64,000 nt of DNA, taken from the NCBI GenBank assembly GCA_001795735.1, contig MGKQ01000020.1, positions 52,050 through 116,049 on the forward strand, in the 5' to 3' direction. The notes under the pieces were generated by a model that did not search any database, was not told the origin of the DNA, and saw only the letters and a list, made by a program, of their open reading frames with translations. Source of the DNA: Candidatus Yanofskybacteria bacterium RIFCSPLOWO2_02_FULL_41_13 (GTDB lineage Bacteria; Patescibacteriota; Minisyncoccia; 2-02-FULL-40-12; GWA2-44-9). The position numbers were made by a program, and so were the translations under genes. Each line of letters starts with the position of its first letter. Positions within the stretch are counted from its first letter, which is position 1. This document shows positions 38,571 to 47,430 of this stretch, piece by piece.

Positions 38571-39007
38571 AATATTCAATAAAAATTATAAATTATAAAT
38601 TTAAAATTCAACGCAATAAATCCGAGGACGGATTTATTGCGTTGATGTCCGCAATAATAATCGCCGCCGTTTTAATGGTAGTTGTTTTTTCTGTGAGTTT
38701 TTCAGGCTTCATGACCCGCTTTAATATTCTAGATGATGAATATAAAACAAGAAGTTTCAGTCTCGCCGAAGCCTATGCTGACGAAGCTATTCTTGAGTTG
38801 GCTAAGCTTTGGGTAGTAGATCCTGCTTTTTCCGGAACCAGTACTATAACAGTAAGTGCTACCGATTATTATTCATATGAAACGGTTGGTACGGAATATG
38901 TAATCAAAGCTCACTCGGTTGTTCAAAAAGCCACGACTAATATCAGGGTAACTATTGATAAGACGACGTTTACAACAACTGACCGGGAAGAAGTCCCCAG
39001 TCTGTAG
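38567..39007 (+). CDS. PilX-like minor pilin
   Basis: DG/FIALMSAII lacking Glu5; SLAEA motif. Confidence 0.78.
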   Translation: MKYSIKIINYKFKIQRNKSEDGFIALMSAIIIAAVLMVVVFSVSFSGFMTRFNILDDEYKTRSFSLAEAYADEAILELAKLWVVDPAFSGTSTITVSATDYYSYETVGTEYVIKAHSVVQKATTNIRVTIDKTTFTTTDREEVPSL

Positions 39008-39213
39008 GAATTTGTGGATACGATATTGTATTGCCTGAGCCTTAGATGTATAATAACAAAGAACTTCGTGCCCAAAGGACAAAGCTCTTCAAAGTTTGAC
39101 ATTTAGGCACAGTTAATGTATAATTAACAAGTCATGTTTAACACCTGAATTTACTCTAAATTTCTAACTTTTGTTTGTAATTTAGGGTTTGCAGTTCAGG
39201 ATTTGCCTAGACA

Positions 39214-40473
39214 ATGTATCTCAATTTCCACTGGTCTACAAAGTATAAGGTCGAAAAATTCTTAGTCGGCTTTTTTGCATTATCTTTCATGCTCTCAATG
39301 ACCATCCAGCCGTTGGTATTTAGTGTGTCAGCCGGTCACGATCCTTTTAACGGAGTTGAGCAGACAAGTGTATTGTTCTGCCACAAACTGGGCAATGGTT
39401 CTTATAATCAACCGAACTCAAGTGTTACAGCCACAGGTGGACAGGTTAATGTTCCTCAAGGTCATGCCAGCCATTTAGGTGATATTATACCTCCGTTTCA
39501 TTTTGAGGGCGGATCTTATGCTGGTCAAAACTGGACCGAAGAGAACGAAGACATTTGGAATAGTGGTCTTTGTAACGGTCCCGTAGCAACACCAGAACCT
39601 ACTCCAACACCAACACCTGACCCAACACCTGACCCAACACCTGACCCAACACCTGACCCAACACCTGACCCAACACCTGACCCAACTTGTGATAATGAGT
39701 TAAATGATTGTACACCTCCCGAATCAAGTTTTGATGGCAATCCATACAGAAACCACGAGACTATTATAGATGTTGAACTTCTTCCCCTTACTTTAAGCGG
39801 AACTTCTACCGATGATACATCTGATAATCCATCCGGAGTTCAATCGGCTGAGTTAAGGATTTTCAAAATGGCAGACGATACCCTGGTTGATAGTGATCAG
39901 TACGGTTCATTTTTTGAAACATTGAATTGTACTCAGCGTGGAGAAGTCATAGAAACAGAAATAGTTGCCCTCTCTCTTCAAAGTATTGATCTAATTCCTG
40001 CATTAAATACGACCTGGTCCTATTCTTGGATGCCACAAGCTCGAGGTATCTACTGCATGGAAGCTCATGCCACAGATGCCGCCGGAAATGTTGAAAATAC
40101 CGCTTTTGGCGGACCGATATCGATACTTGTTTTACCAACTCCGACCCCAACACCGATCCCAACCTCGACTCCGACTCCAACACCAACACCAACACCTCCC
40201 CCGATCTGTACCTCTAACTGCGGTGGCGGTGGTGGAGGAACCTTAACTCCATATGTTCCGAATCCAACACCTGCCCCGGCACCTGAAGTTCTCGGTGCTA
40301 CAGATGAATCGTTGCCTGAAGTACTGGGTATTACCTCTCTTCCTGAAACATCAATATCTATCTCTGACTCGATTGTTGTATCGCTCTTCAGTGCCATGAT
40401 GATGACAGGAATGATGATGCTGATGATAGGATATGGTTTAGTACCTAAGAGGCTTGAAGATTATTTGAACTAA
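39214..40473 (+). CDS. Pro/Thr-rich surface protein, probable sortase substrate
   Basis: Signal peptide, PT linkers, Ig-like ATDAAGNVE, C-terminal LPETS + hydrophobic stretch + KR; adjacent sortase. Confidence 0.8.
   Translation: MYLNFHWSTKYKVEKFLVGFFALSFMLSMTIQPLVFSVSAGHDPFNGVEQTSVLFCHKLGNGSYNQPNSSVTATGGQVNVPQGHASHLGDIIPPFHFEGGSYAGQNWTEENEDIWNSGLCNGPVATPEPTPTPTPDPTPDPTPDPTPDPTPDPTPDPTCDNELNDCTPPESSFDGNPYRNHETIIDVELLPLTLSGTSTDDTSDNPSGVQSAELRIFKMADDTLVDSDQYGSFFETLNCTQRGEVIETEIVALSLQSIDLIPALNTTWSYSWMPQARGIYCMEAHATDAAGNVENTAFGGPISILVLPTPTPTPIPTSTPTPTPTPTPPPICTSNCGGGGGGTLTPYVPNPTPAPAPEVLGATDESLPEVLGITSLPETSISISDSIVVSLFSAMMMTGMMMLMIGYGLVPKRLEDYLN
39610..39686 (+). repeat. Perfect 12-bp tandem repeat x6 (PTPD)
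   Basis: CCAACACCTGAC repeated six times. Confidence 0.9.
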
Positions 40474-40530
40474 TATCGTAAGAAACAAAAGAGGGGCTAC
40501 CGAAGCTCCTCTTTTGGTATAATAGTAAAC

Positions 40531-41157
40531 ATGATACCCGGTAAAAAAATTAATAAAACCTATATCTACCTTGGGGCAGTGCTGATTAGCCTCGGTTTTA
40601 TCGGCATTTTTTTGCCGAATATTTATGAACTATTTGTAGATGATACTTTCGAATCCGCCGAGGCCAAACTTCCAACATTTGAAGAACAGTTTATTGGCGA
40701 CGGTGAAGATGTTTTAACCACGCCAGTACTGATTGGAGGAGATATTCCTGCGTCGAAAGGAAGCGGGGACAGGCTTTTAATCGTCGATGTAAACATAAAT
40801 ATGCCGGTGTTCTTGGGGGAGACCGAGAAAACCTTAAATAAGGGCGGTTGGCTTTTTCCGACGACATCTCGTCCGGAGCTTGGTGGAAATTCTGTCATCT
40901 TCGGTCATCGCTATATGTATCGTCCGCCTAAATCAAATACTTTTTGGAATTTGGATAAAGTCGAGATTGGTGATGAGATGATTTTGACTTGGCGAAGCAA
41001 GGAATATAAGTATAAAGTTTTTGAAATAAAAATTGTTGAGCCGACAGATCTCTCTGTTATTAGACAAACGTCCGATGCAAGACTTACGGTCATAACTTGC
41101 ACTCCGTTATTTTCGACAAAACAGAGACTGGTCGTGATAGGAAAGCTTATTAAATAA
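40531..41157 (+). CDS. Sortase (class D/E-like)
   Basis: GNSVIFGHR, LTVITCTP, RLVV catalytic H/C/R. Confidence 0.92.
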   Translation: MIPGKKINKTYIYLGAVLISLGFIGIFLPNIYELFVDDTFESAEAKLPTFEEQFIGDGEDVLTTPVLIGGDIPASKGSGDRLLIVDVNINMPVFLGETEKTLNKGGWLFPTTSRPELGGNSVIFGHRYMYRPPKSNTFWNLDKVEIGDEMILTWRSKEYKYKVFEIKIVEPTDLSVIRQTSDARLTVITCTPLFSTKQRLVVIGKLIK

Positions 41158-41394
41158 AAACGCTAAATAACCTTGGTCTCCTTATAAAGTTTGGGTGAAT
41201 TATGGTATAATTGTAGTAACGAATTCTTAACCAACAAAAACCCAATAAATACAGATAACAACTTATTTGCCTCGGTATTTACCGTCCTAAGCTCTATCAG
41301 CTTTTGGTGGCTGGTTTCTATGGCCGCAGTGATTGTTATGGTGATGGTTATCAACAGACGAAAATCTAATTAAAAATCGCCTTCAGGGGCGATT

Positions 41395-41979
41395 TTAAAA
41401 AATTTTAACTCCAATAAGCTCAGCCACCTTCAGTGCCACATAAATTGATGTATTTGCTAGTATATGGGCAACGATTGACGGCCATGGCCAGGCAGGTTGG
41501 ATTTTAAGGGTCAGCCAGATCCAGGTCAGGCCCGAAAAAAAGACCGGCGGAAATAAGAAGTAATAGTATTTGACAATGTGTGTTCCGTTTTGCTCAAATC
41601 CGGCAAGAATCGGAATGTGGCCGGATGCCCACCAGACATTCAGGCCGATTGCTATTCCAACCGTCAGTATTCTGGATAGATTAGAATTTTTCAAGGAGTA
41701 ACCAAGCCAGGACAATACGGAGATAGCTATTATAATTGGAAATCTAAATAAAAACTCTTCATATAAAGCTGGATCTATGGCAAAATTGGTAAAGAAAAAT
41801 CCGAATTGATTCCAAGGTACTAGAAAACCCCAGAGAAAACTACTGTAAGTCTGAAGATCTTGCGGCTTTCCGCTTAGTAAACGAAAGCTGAGGTAGAAAA
41901 TTACAGGAGTTGTTACCATATTCACCAGCCAGACCCACAATATCAATTTCCACGCTTGCTGATTATTGGGCGGATCCAT
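41395..41979 (-). CDS. CPBP/Abi-family intramembrane protease-like protein
   Basis: EEFLFR and AHILAN motifs, multiple TM. Confidence 0.72.
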   Translation of the reverse strand: MDPPNNQQAWKLILWVWLVNMVTTPVIFYLSFRLLSGKPQDLQTYSSFLWGFLVPWNQFGFFFTNFAIDPALYEEFLFRFPIIIAISVLSWLGYSLKNSNLSRILTVGIAIGLNVWWASGHIPILAGFEQNGTHIVKYYYFLFPPVFFSGLTWIWLTLKIQPAWPWPSIVAHILANTSIYVALKVAELIGVKIF

Positions 41980-42060
41980 CCCTGACCTTTTAAAAGAACC
42001 AGATAAGGCATGGTACGATAATTGAATGATTTAATCAATTTTGGTTAAATAATGATAAGG

Positions 42061-42720
42061 ATGGAACTCCTACTTGGAATTGATTTGGTTGCTTTAATTA
42101 AGGCCGTCGGTTATATAGGCCTGTTTTTGATTGTTTTTGCCGAATCAGGGTTATTCGTAGGCTTCTTTCTGCCGGGTGATTCTCTCTTATTTACGGCCGG
42201 GTTTTTGGCTTCGCAGGGCTATCTTCATATAGTTCCGCTTATAATACTAACCTTTACCGGAGCTGTCTTGGGTGATAATTTTGGCTATGCCTTCGGTAAA
42301 AAAGTAGGGGTAAGGATCTTTACTAAAGACGACTCGTTGGTATTTCATAAAGACCATTTGAAAAGAGCCCAGGCTTATTATGAGAAATATGGCGGGAAGA
42401 CTATCGTCTTAGCCCGTTTTATACCCGTCGTCAGAACATTTGCTCCGATTGTGGCTGGAGTCGGAAATATGAATTACAAGGATTTTTTCCTCTATAATCT
42501 TATCGGCGGTCTGGCTTGGGGCTTGGGCATGCCCTTGCTTGGTTACTTCTTGGGTAGTATGGTACCGAATATTGACCATTATTTAATACCGATTATCTTG
42601 CTTATAATCTTTGGTTCTTTTGTCCCTCCTGTTGCACATTTTCTTAAAGAAAAACACCATCGTCAGCAAGTAAGAAGTTTGGTGGGGAGGTTGTCTAAAT
42701 TGGTGATGGGGAAAAAATAG
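42061..42720 (+). CDS. dedA: DedA-family membrane protein
   Basis: FAESGLFVGFFLPGDSLLF, ARFIPVVRTFAP. Confidence 0.92.
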   Translation: MELLLGIDLVALIKAVGYIGLFLIVFAESGLFVGFFLPGDSLLFTAGFLASQGYLHIVPLIILTFTGAVLGDNFGYAFGKKVGVRIFTKDDSLVFHKDHLKRAQAYYEKYGGKTIVLARFIPVVRTFAPIVAGVGNMNYKDFFLYNLIGGLAWGLGMPLLGYFLGSMVPNIDHYLIPIILLIIFGSFVPPVAHFLKEKHHRQQVRSLVGRLSKLVMGKK

Positions 42721-42756
42721 TTTTGTTCGTTAATTAGTTGTGATATAATAAAAAAC

Positions 42757-42969
42757 ATGATGATATTTGGTATAGCAATTTTAGTCTTCGGTCTGGCATT
42801 TCTTCTCAGAAATCTGGGCCTTTTACATTTCCCCGGAAGTTTCTGGTCTCTTTTTTATCCGTTGGTGATAGTGGTCGTCGGCCTCGTTGTGATATTTGTT
42901 ACTCACGAGGGACGCAAGCTCCTCAAGCGTCTCAAAAAGTTTTTCTCTGGGGAAGATGATAGGGTCTAG
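42757..42969 (+). CDS. Small membrane protein (DUF5668-like)
   Basis: FLLRNLG...FWSLFYPL; TGATATAAT just upstream. Confidence 0.6.
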   Translation: MMIFGIAILVFGLAFLLRNLGLLHFPGSFWSLFYPLVIVVVGLVVIFVTHEGRKLLKRLKKFFSGEDDRV

Positions 42970-43018
42970 TAATAAAAATACCTCCCAGCTAAACTGAGAG
43001 GTATTTTTATTAAAGCGA

Positions 43019-43489
43019 TTAAAACTCAATTTTATCCCCGGTCTGAATACTATTATCTTTTGACCAGCCGGCGTTGACTTCAAGGACGTATTTGACCGGA
43101 AAGGCAGGAAAAAATGTCTGCGGAAAAGTATCCGGCGATACATTCGGGGTAATTTCAGTTATAGTTCCATTTTCGTCTATCCAGATAAGATCTAGAGAAA
43201 ATCTCATATCTTTCATCCAAAATCCCGGCTTACTGGGTTGAGAAAAAACAAACAGCATCCCGTGATCTCGATCTAATGAGTCTCTATCTGACAATCCTTG
43301 CACTTGTTCATGCGGTTCATCGACAACTTCAACGGTCAGGGGCGCATTATTTATAGAAATTACTTTTTCGCTAAGTTCTGACGATTGATATTCTGCCGTT
43401 TTCGGAGCTTCGTCCATAAAGAAAAAATAAGATGTGACAGAGAGAAGAATTAGGCCGAATATTACGATTAATAGGGCACCTTTGAACAT
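43019..43489 (-). CDS. DUF192-family protein
   Basis: GLSDR, GMLFVF, FWMKDMRFSLD, YVLEVNAG. Confidence 0.88.
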   Translation of the reverse strand: MFKGALLIVIFGLILLSVTSYFFFMDEAPKTAEYQSSELSEKVISINNAPLTVEVVDEPHEQVQGLSDRDSLDRDHGMLFVFSQPSKPGFWMKDMRFSLDLIWIDENGTITEITPNVSPDTFPQTFFPAFPVKYVLEVNAGWSKDNSIQTGDKIEF

Positions 43490-43784
43490 AGCCTTATTAT
43501 AACCTACATCTATTGTATTTCATATTGAAGTATGCTATCATGTAGCCATCGTAGGTTTTCTCATGGCCCACTCTAGTAGTCGAGTTCTCGAGTATTTAGT
43601 AGGAGCCCAGAGAGGTCGTTCCTACTAAATATACAATTGTGTGTGAGATACGAATAACTACATAAGGCTGTCCGCCCTTGCGTAAAGCTTCGGCCGTCGG
43701 CTCGACATAGTCGACCTTTGGCCAGACGACGTCGGCGGATGCTGATAATTGTAGTTGCTCGTTGTTCTCGCAAACAATTATCGC

Positions 43785-44138
43785 ATGAGTAAAAAATTAT
43801 ATGTAGGCAACATGGCTTACAACACTACCGAGGATTCTTTGAAGGATGCTTTCTCAAAGGCCGGTACTGTAGAATCCGTTTCCGTCATTACTGACAAGAT
43901 GTCAGGAAGACCGAGAGGATTTGCTTTCGTTGAAATGGCCGATGATGATGGTGCCGCAAAGGCCGTCGAGATGTGGAATGGCCAGGATTTAGACGGAAGA
44001 AAGTTGATAGTCAATGAAGCTAGACCGTTGACCGAAAGACCTCCTCGAAGGAGCTTCGGCGGTGGTACCGGTGGTGGACGAGGCGGATTCGGTGGTGGCC
44101 GAGGCGGATTCGGCGGTGGACGAAGAGAGGAATACTAA
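43785..44138 (+). CDS. RRM RNA-binding protein with Gly/Arg-rich tail
   Basis: KKLYVGN (RNP2), RGFAFVEM (RNP1), GGGRGGF repeats. Confidence 0.93.
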   Translation: MSKKLYVGNMAYNTTEDSLKDAFSKAGTVESVSVITDKMSGRPRGFAFVEMADDDGAAKAVEMWNGQDLDGRKLIVNEARPLTERPPRRSFGGGTGGGRGGFGGGRGGFGGGRREEY

Positions 44139-44160
44139 TTTCTGTCTGAGTTACACTCAA

Positions 44161-44194
44161 ACCAAAAACTCCCTTTCGGGAGTTTTTGGTTTTT
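44161..44194 (+). terminator. Intrinsic terminator
   Basis: ACCAAAAACTCCC-TTTC-GGGAGTTTTTGGT hairpin plus T-run. Confidence 0.75.
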
Positions 44195-44196
44195 CG

Positions 44197-44496
44197 TCAG
44201 ACAAATTTATTTTGATTTCTCGACCTGCTTTCTTTCTCTCGCCTCACCGAAGCCTTGCGCCACCGCTGAAGCCTCTGGCGACACGCGGTCGGCGGAGCGC
44301 GGGTCGGACAAATAGTTAAATTAGCCTCAATTTAGTTAACAAATTTGAGCCTCGTCGCTCGATAACCCTTTTTATTAATGAGAAGGGTTATCGGACTCCC
44401 CACTCAAATTTGTGGAATAACATAAATTATCGGTTAATTTAACTACTATGTGTTCCTCGAAAAAAGACGGTCTCAAATCAAAATAAATTTGTCTGA
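44197..44496. mobile_element. 300-bp nested palindromic element
   Basis: Perfect 22-bp TIR TCAGACAAATTTATTTTGATTT; internal stems ACAAATTTGAG/CTCAAATTTGT and CGATAACCCTT/AAGGGTTATCG. Confidence 0.7.
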
Positions 44497-44532
44497 GTTA
44501 TTGAAATGAAAAATAAGTTGTAATTAACGGCA

Positions 44533-44766
44533 GTCTCTTTTCTATACTCCTCTGAATCCATTTGAGCTTCATCAGTACAAATTCATAATATTTATGATAT
44601 TTTCCTGGGAGTCCAATCGGGGTGGTTCGGAACGGCCGCGTTCTAATTCTTATTAGGACGGGCGTATGGCCGAACCGAGGTCCCTAATTGGTCAGAGAAA
44701 ATGAAATAAATATTATAGAATTTGTTGATGAAGCGAAGGCGATGAAGAGGAGTATAGAAAAGAGAC
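44533..44766. mobile_element. 234-bp long-hairpin element
   Basis: Perfect 21-bp TIR GTCTCTTTTCTATACTCCTCT; interrupted pairing continues inward (GCTTCATCA/TGATGAAGC). Confidence 0.72.
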
Positions 44767-44788
44767 AAAGTTATGGTATAATCTACTT

Positions 44789-45250
44789 ATGTCACAAACA
44801 TCTGCTTATGTATTAATAATATTTCTTGCTTTTGGGGGGTTTTTGATCGCTCGCTATATTCGTCATCATAAGAAGAACGTGGAAGAGGCTTTGGTTTGTC
44901 CGTTAAGGGCGAACTGCGATATGGTTATTCATAGTGATTATTCAAAGTTTTTGGGGATTCCCATTGAGGCTCTGGGCATGGTTTATTACAGTCTTCTGGC
45001 CGTGAGCTACGGATTGTTAGTTATTTTTCCGGTCCTCAATCAGCCGTTAGTTGCCTCGAGTCTGCTTTTTGCTACTGTATGCGCCTTTGTTTTCTCTATC
45101 TATCTGACGTTGATACAAGCTTTTGTTATTAAAAATTGGTGCACTTGGTGTCTTATCTCAGCTACCATCTGTGGAGCCGTATTTGCCATAGATGCTTCGA
45201 CTTCACCCCTCTTTTCGGCTCTATTTTCTAGTATATTTCTCAGTCTATAA
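44789..45250 (+). CDS. Vitamin K epoxide reductase (VKOR) family protein
   Basis: C..C loop pair, SDYSKFLGIP, WCTWC. Confidence 0.88.
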   Translation: MSQTSAYVLIIFLAFGGFLIARYIRHHKKNVEEALVCPLRANCDMVIHSDYSKFLGIPIEALGMVYYSLLAVSYGLLVIFPVLNQPLVASSLLFATVCAFVFSIYLTLIQAFVIKNWCTWCLISATICGAVFAIDASTSPLFSALFSSIFLSL

Positions 45251-45293
45251 AACTTGGCTAAATACGAAAGTCCTGTTAGTTTATAAGGATGAA

Positions 45294-45364
45294 TCCCGTA
45301 TGAAGTCTCGCTCGCGACAAAGTCGCGAGTCCATAGGACCTCGGCGGGGCTACTTCGTACGGGA
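45294..45364. mobile_element. MITE-like element, family B copy 2, at a start codon
   Basis: TCCCGTATGAAGT/ACTTCGTACGGGA; TGAA duplicated on both sides. Confidence 0.78.
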
Positions 45365-45732
45365 TGAATTTTAAAGTCCCCAAGAACGATTCTAAGTATC
45401 ATTGGACCAACCATGTTATTGGAAAGATGGGATTTTATGGTCTTTCGCCGGACAGAGTTAAGAGGGTTATTCGCAGTCCGAAAAGAGTCGAGGAGGGAAT
45501 TGCCGAAAATACTATCGCTGTTATGCAGCCCTCAACGAATTTAAAAAAGCCGTCAGAAGTCTGGGTAATGTACCAGCAGAAAAATCAAAATGCAAAAATT
45601 AAAAATCAAAATTTTGGAAGGAAGATAATTATAAGCGCCTGGCGGTATCCGGGAATAAGTCCGGTCGGTAAGGCCATCCCAATCCCGGCAGACATACTGG
45701 AAGAACTTAAAAATGAGGGAATAATAAATTAA
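45364..45732 (+). CDS. Conserved hypothetical protein
   Basis: WTNHV..KM..YGLS..RVKRVIRSP.R.EEG, ISAWRYPG. Confidence 0.7.
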   Translation: MNFKVPKNDSKYHWTNHVIGKMGFYGLSPDRVKRVIRSPKRVEEGIAENTIAVMQPSTNLKKPSEVWVMYQQKNQNAKIKNQNFGRKIIISAWRYPGISPVGKAIPIPADILEELKNEGIIN

Positions 45733-45742
45733 TTTTTAACGT

Positions 45743-46588
45743 ATGAAGATAGGTTGTCATGTTTCCATTGCGGGTGGGATCTGGAATGCGCCGAAGAATG
45801 CAGCTGATTTAGGGTGCGAGGTTTTTCAGATGTTTACGCGGTCGCCTCAGGGTGGGCCGGCACCGAAGATAGACAAAGAAGTCGTCAGGCAATTTAAAGA
45901 GGAGATGAAAAAATGGAACCAAGGAGATTGTTATATTCATGCTCCGTATTATATTAATTTTGCTTCAGCAAAAAAGACAATCAGGGAAGCGTCGGTCAGG
46001 ATAGTCATAGAGGAGCTTGAGAGGGGAAGTTTGATCGGAGCTAAATACGTAATAACTCACTTGGGCAGTTCCAAAGACTTATCTTGCGAGGAAGCCCTTG
46101 ATTCAACAAAATATGCTATCGCACAAATCGTTGAAAAGTATAAGGGGAGCACTCAGCTTTTGCTTGAGATATCTGCCGGAGCAGGAAATGTAATGGGGGA
46201 TACTTTTGAGGAGCTACATCAAATTCTAGAATATGTAAAAGAGCAAAATGTTATGATGTATCATAACATCGGTATATGCCTTGACTCGGCTCACATGTTT
46301 GCTTCGGGGTATGATATTAAGACGAAAGATGGGTTTAACTCAACTCTGAAGATAATAAAAGAAACAGTCGGCTTGAAAAAGATAAGAGTTATTCATGCCA
46401 ACGATTCTAAGGTTGATCTTGGCGAGCGTAAAGATAGACATGACCATATCGGAGATGGTAAAATAGGGGTTGAGGGTTTTAAAAACTTAATTAAAGCATT
46501 TCCTGAAGTTGACTTTATTCTCGAGACTAAACCCGATAAAGTGACAGAAGATATTAAAAAACTAAAATTATTAAGACGAAAAACTTGA
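45743..46588 (+). CDS. nfo: Endonuclease IV
   Basis: IGCHVSIAGG, HAPYYIN, CLDSAH, HANDSK, DRHDHIG, LET. Confidence 0.93.
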   Translation: MKIGCHVSIAGGIWNAPKNAADLGCEVFQMFTRSPQGGPAPKIDKEVVRQFKEEMKKWNQGDCYIHAPYYINFASAKKTIREASVRIVIEELERGSLIGAKYVITHLGSSKDLSCEEALDSTKYAIAQIVEKYKGSTQLLLEISAGAGNVMGDTFEELHQILEYVKEQNVMMYHNIGICLDSAHMFASGYDIKTKDGFNSTLKIIKETVGLKKIRVIHANDSKVDLGERKDRHDHIGDGKIGVEGFKNLIKAFPEVDFILETKPDKVTEDIKKLKLLRRKT

Positions 46589-46597
46589 GTTTGCTAG

Positions 46598-46759
46598 ACT
46601 AGGTTACCATACTCAGACTCGGACCACATTCAATTTTTCCAGCGAAAATTGAATCTTAAGTTCTCGGCTCGCCGCAGAACCAAGCCGGCTCGCCTGCCCG
46701 CGCTACGCCGAAGGCTTTGGCGAGGCGAGCGAATCCCCCCTAGAGTATAGTAGCCTAGT
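46598..46759. mobile_element. Palindromic MITE-like element, family A copy 3, with nested REP-like insert
   Basis: CAGACTCGGACCACATTC...CTTAAG...GCCGCAGAACCAAGCCGG shared with the reverse complement of 20643-20764. Confidence 0.78.
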
Positions 46760-46789
46760 TTAGTCTAATTTATTTTTTTCGATATATGT

Positions 46790-47074
46790 ATGTTGGGAAA
46801 TTTTATGGGCAGTAACGACAATTGGAACCCGTTGGGTATGGGTTGGGGAGGCGGACTAATATTCGGTCCGGTAATGATATTACTGGTTTTGTGGACTTTG
46901 TATTGGAAGTATAGATCTTTGTGGCATGCGGCTAAGAATGATGAGAAGTGGTGGTTTGTCGCTTTACTGGTGATTAACACGCTCGGAATTTTAGAGATAC
47001 TCTATCTCTACTTTTTCTCAAAGAAGGCTCTAAAACATAATGAGATGAATGTTCCGATAGTGCCACAGGGATAA
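46790..47074 (+). CDS. Small membrane protein (DUF5652-like)
   Basis: WTLYWK..SLWHAAKN.EKWWF...NTLGILEILY. Confidence 0.8.
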   Translation: MLGNFMGSNDNWNPLGMGWGGGLIFGPVMILLVLWTLYWKYRSLWHAAKNDEKWWFVALLVINTLGILEILYLYFFSKKALKHNEMNVPIVPQG

Positions 47075-47151
47075 TGGTGCTTATCATTTTTTAGTTTTAG
47101 TTATATAAAAAACCCCTGCCTCAACAGGAGTTTTTCTTTTTTGGTTGGCTT

Positions 47152-47388
47152 TTAGCAACCACCATTTTGTGTATCAATTGCTACCCCACTGTTCGTCCCA
47201 TTCTTATAATATATAACTTTACGGGTTACAGTATCGCATGTAGCTTCTAGGCCATGACCATCGTAACCTAAATATCTGAGCCTAGATGATCGGGCTTCAA
47301 CTGTGGCCGTTCTTGTAGTAGAGGCCAATAGTCCGACTATGATAATGCCAACAACAAAAATCGCAACATATATGAGCAATTGCTTCAT
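47152..47388 (-). CDS. Small membrane-anchored hypothetical protein
   Basis: SD-like GGGAG before MKQLL; N-terminal TM. Confidence 0.55.
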   Translation of the reverse strand: MKQLLIYVAIFVVGIIIVGLLASTTRTATVEARSSRLRYLGYDGHGLEATCDTVTRKVIYYKNGTNSGVAIDTQNGGC

Positions 47389-47430
47389 TTCTGTCTCCCT
47401 GCGCATTTTTACGCGCGAGTATACAGTAAT

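Noticed and set aside
39610-39686. CRISPR-like array
   Set aside because: Head-to-tail 12-bp coding repeat with no spacers; no CRISPR array seen anywhere in the window
43573-44319. ORFs 43573-43773 (-) and 44062-44319 (+)
   Set aside because: Translations of the structured leader, terminator and REP-like DNA
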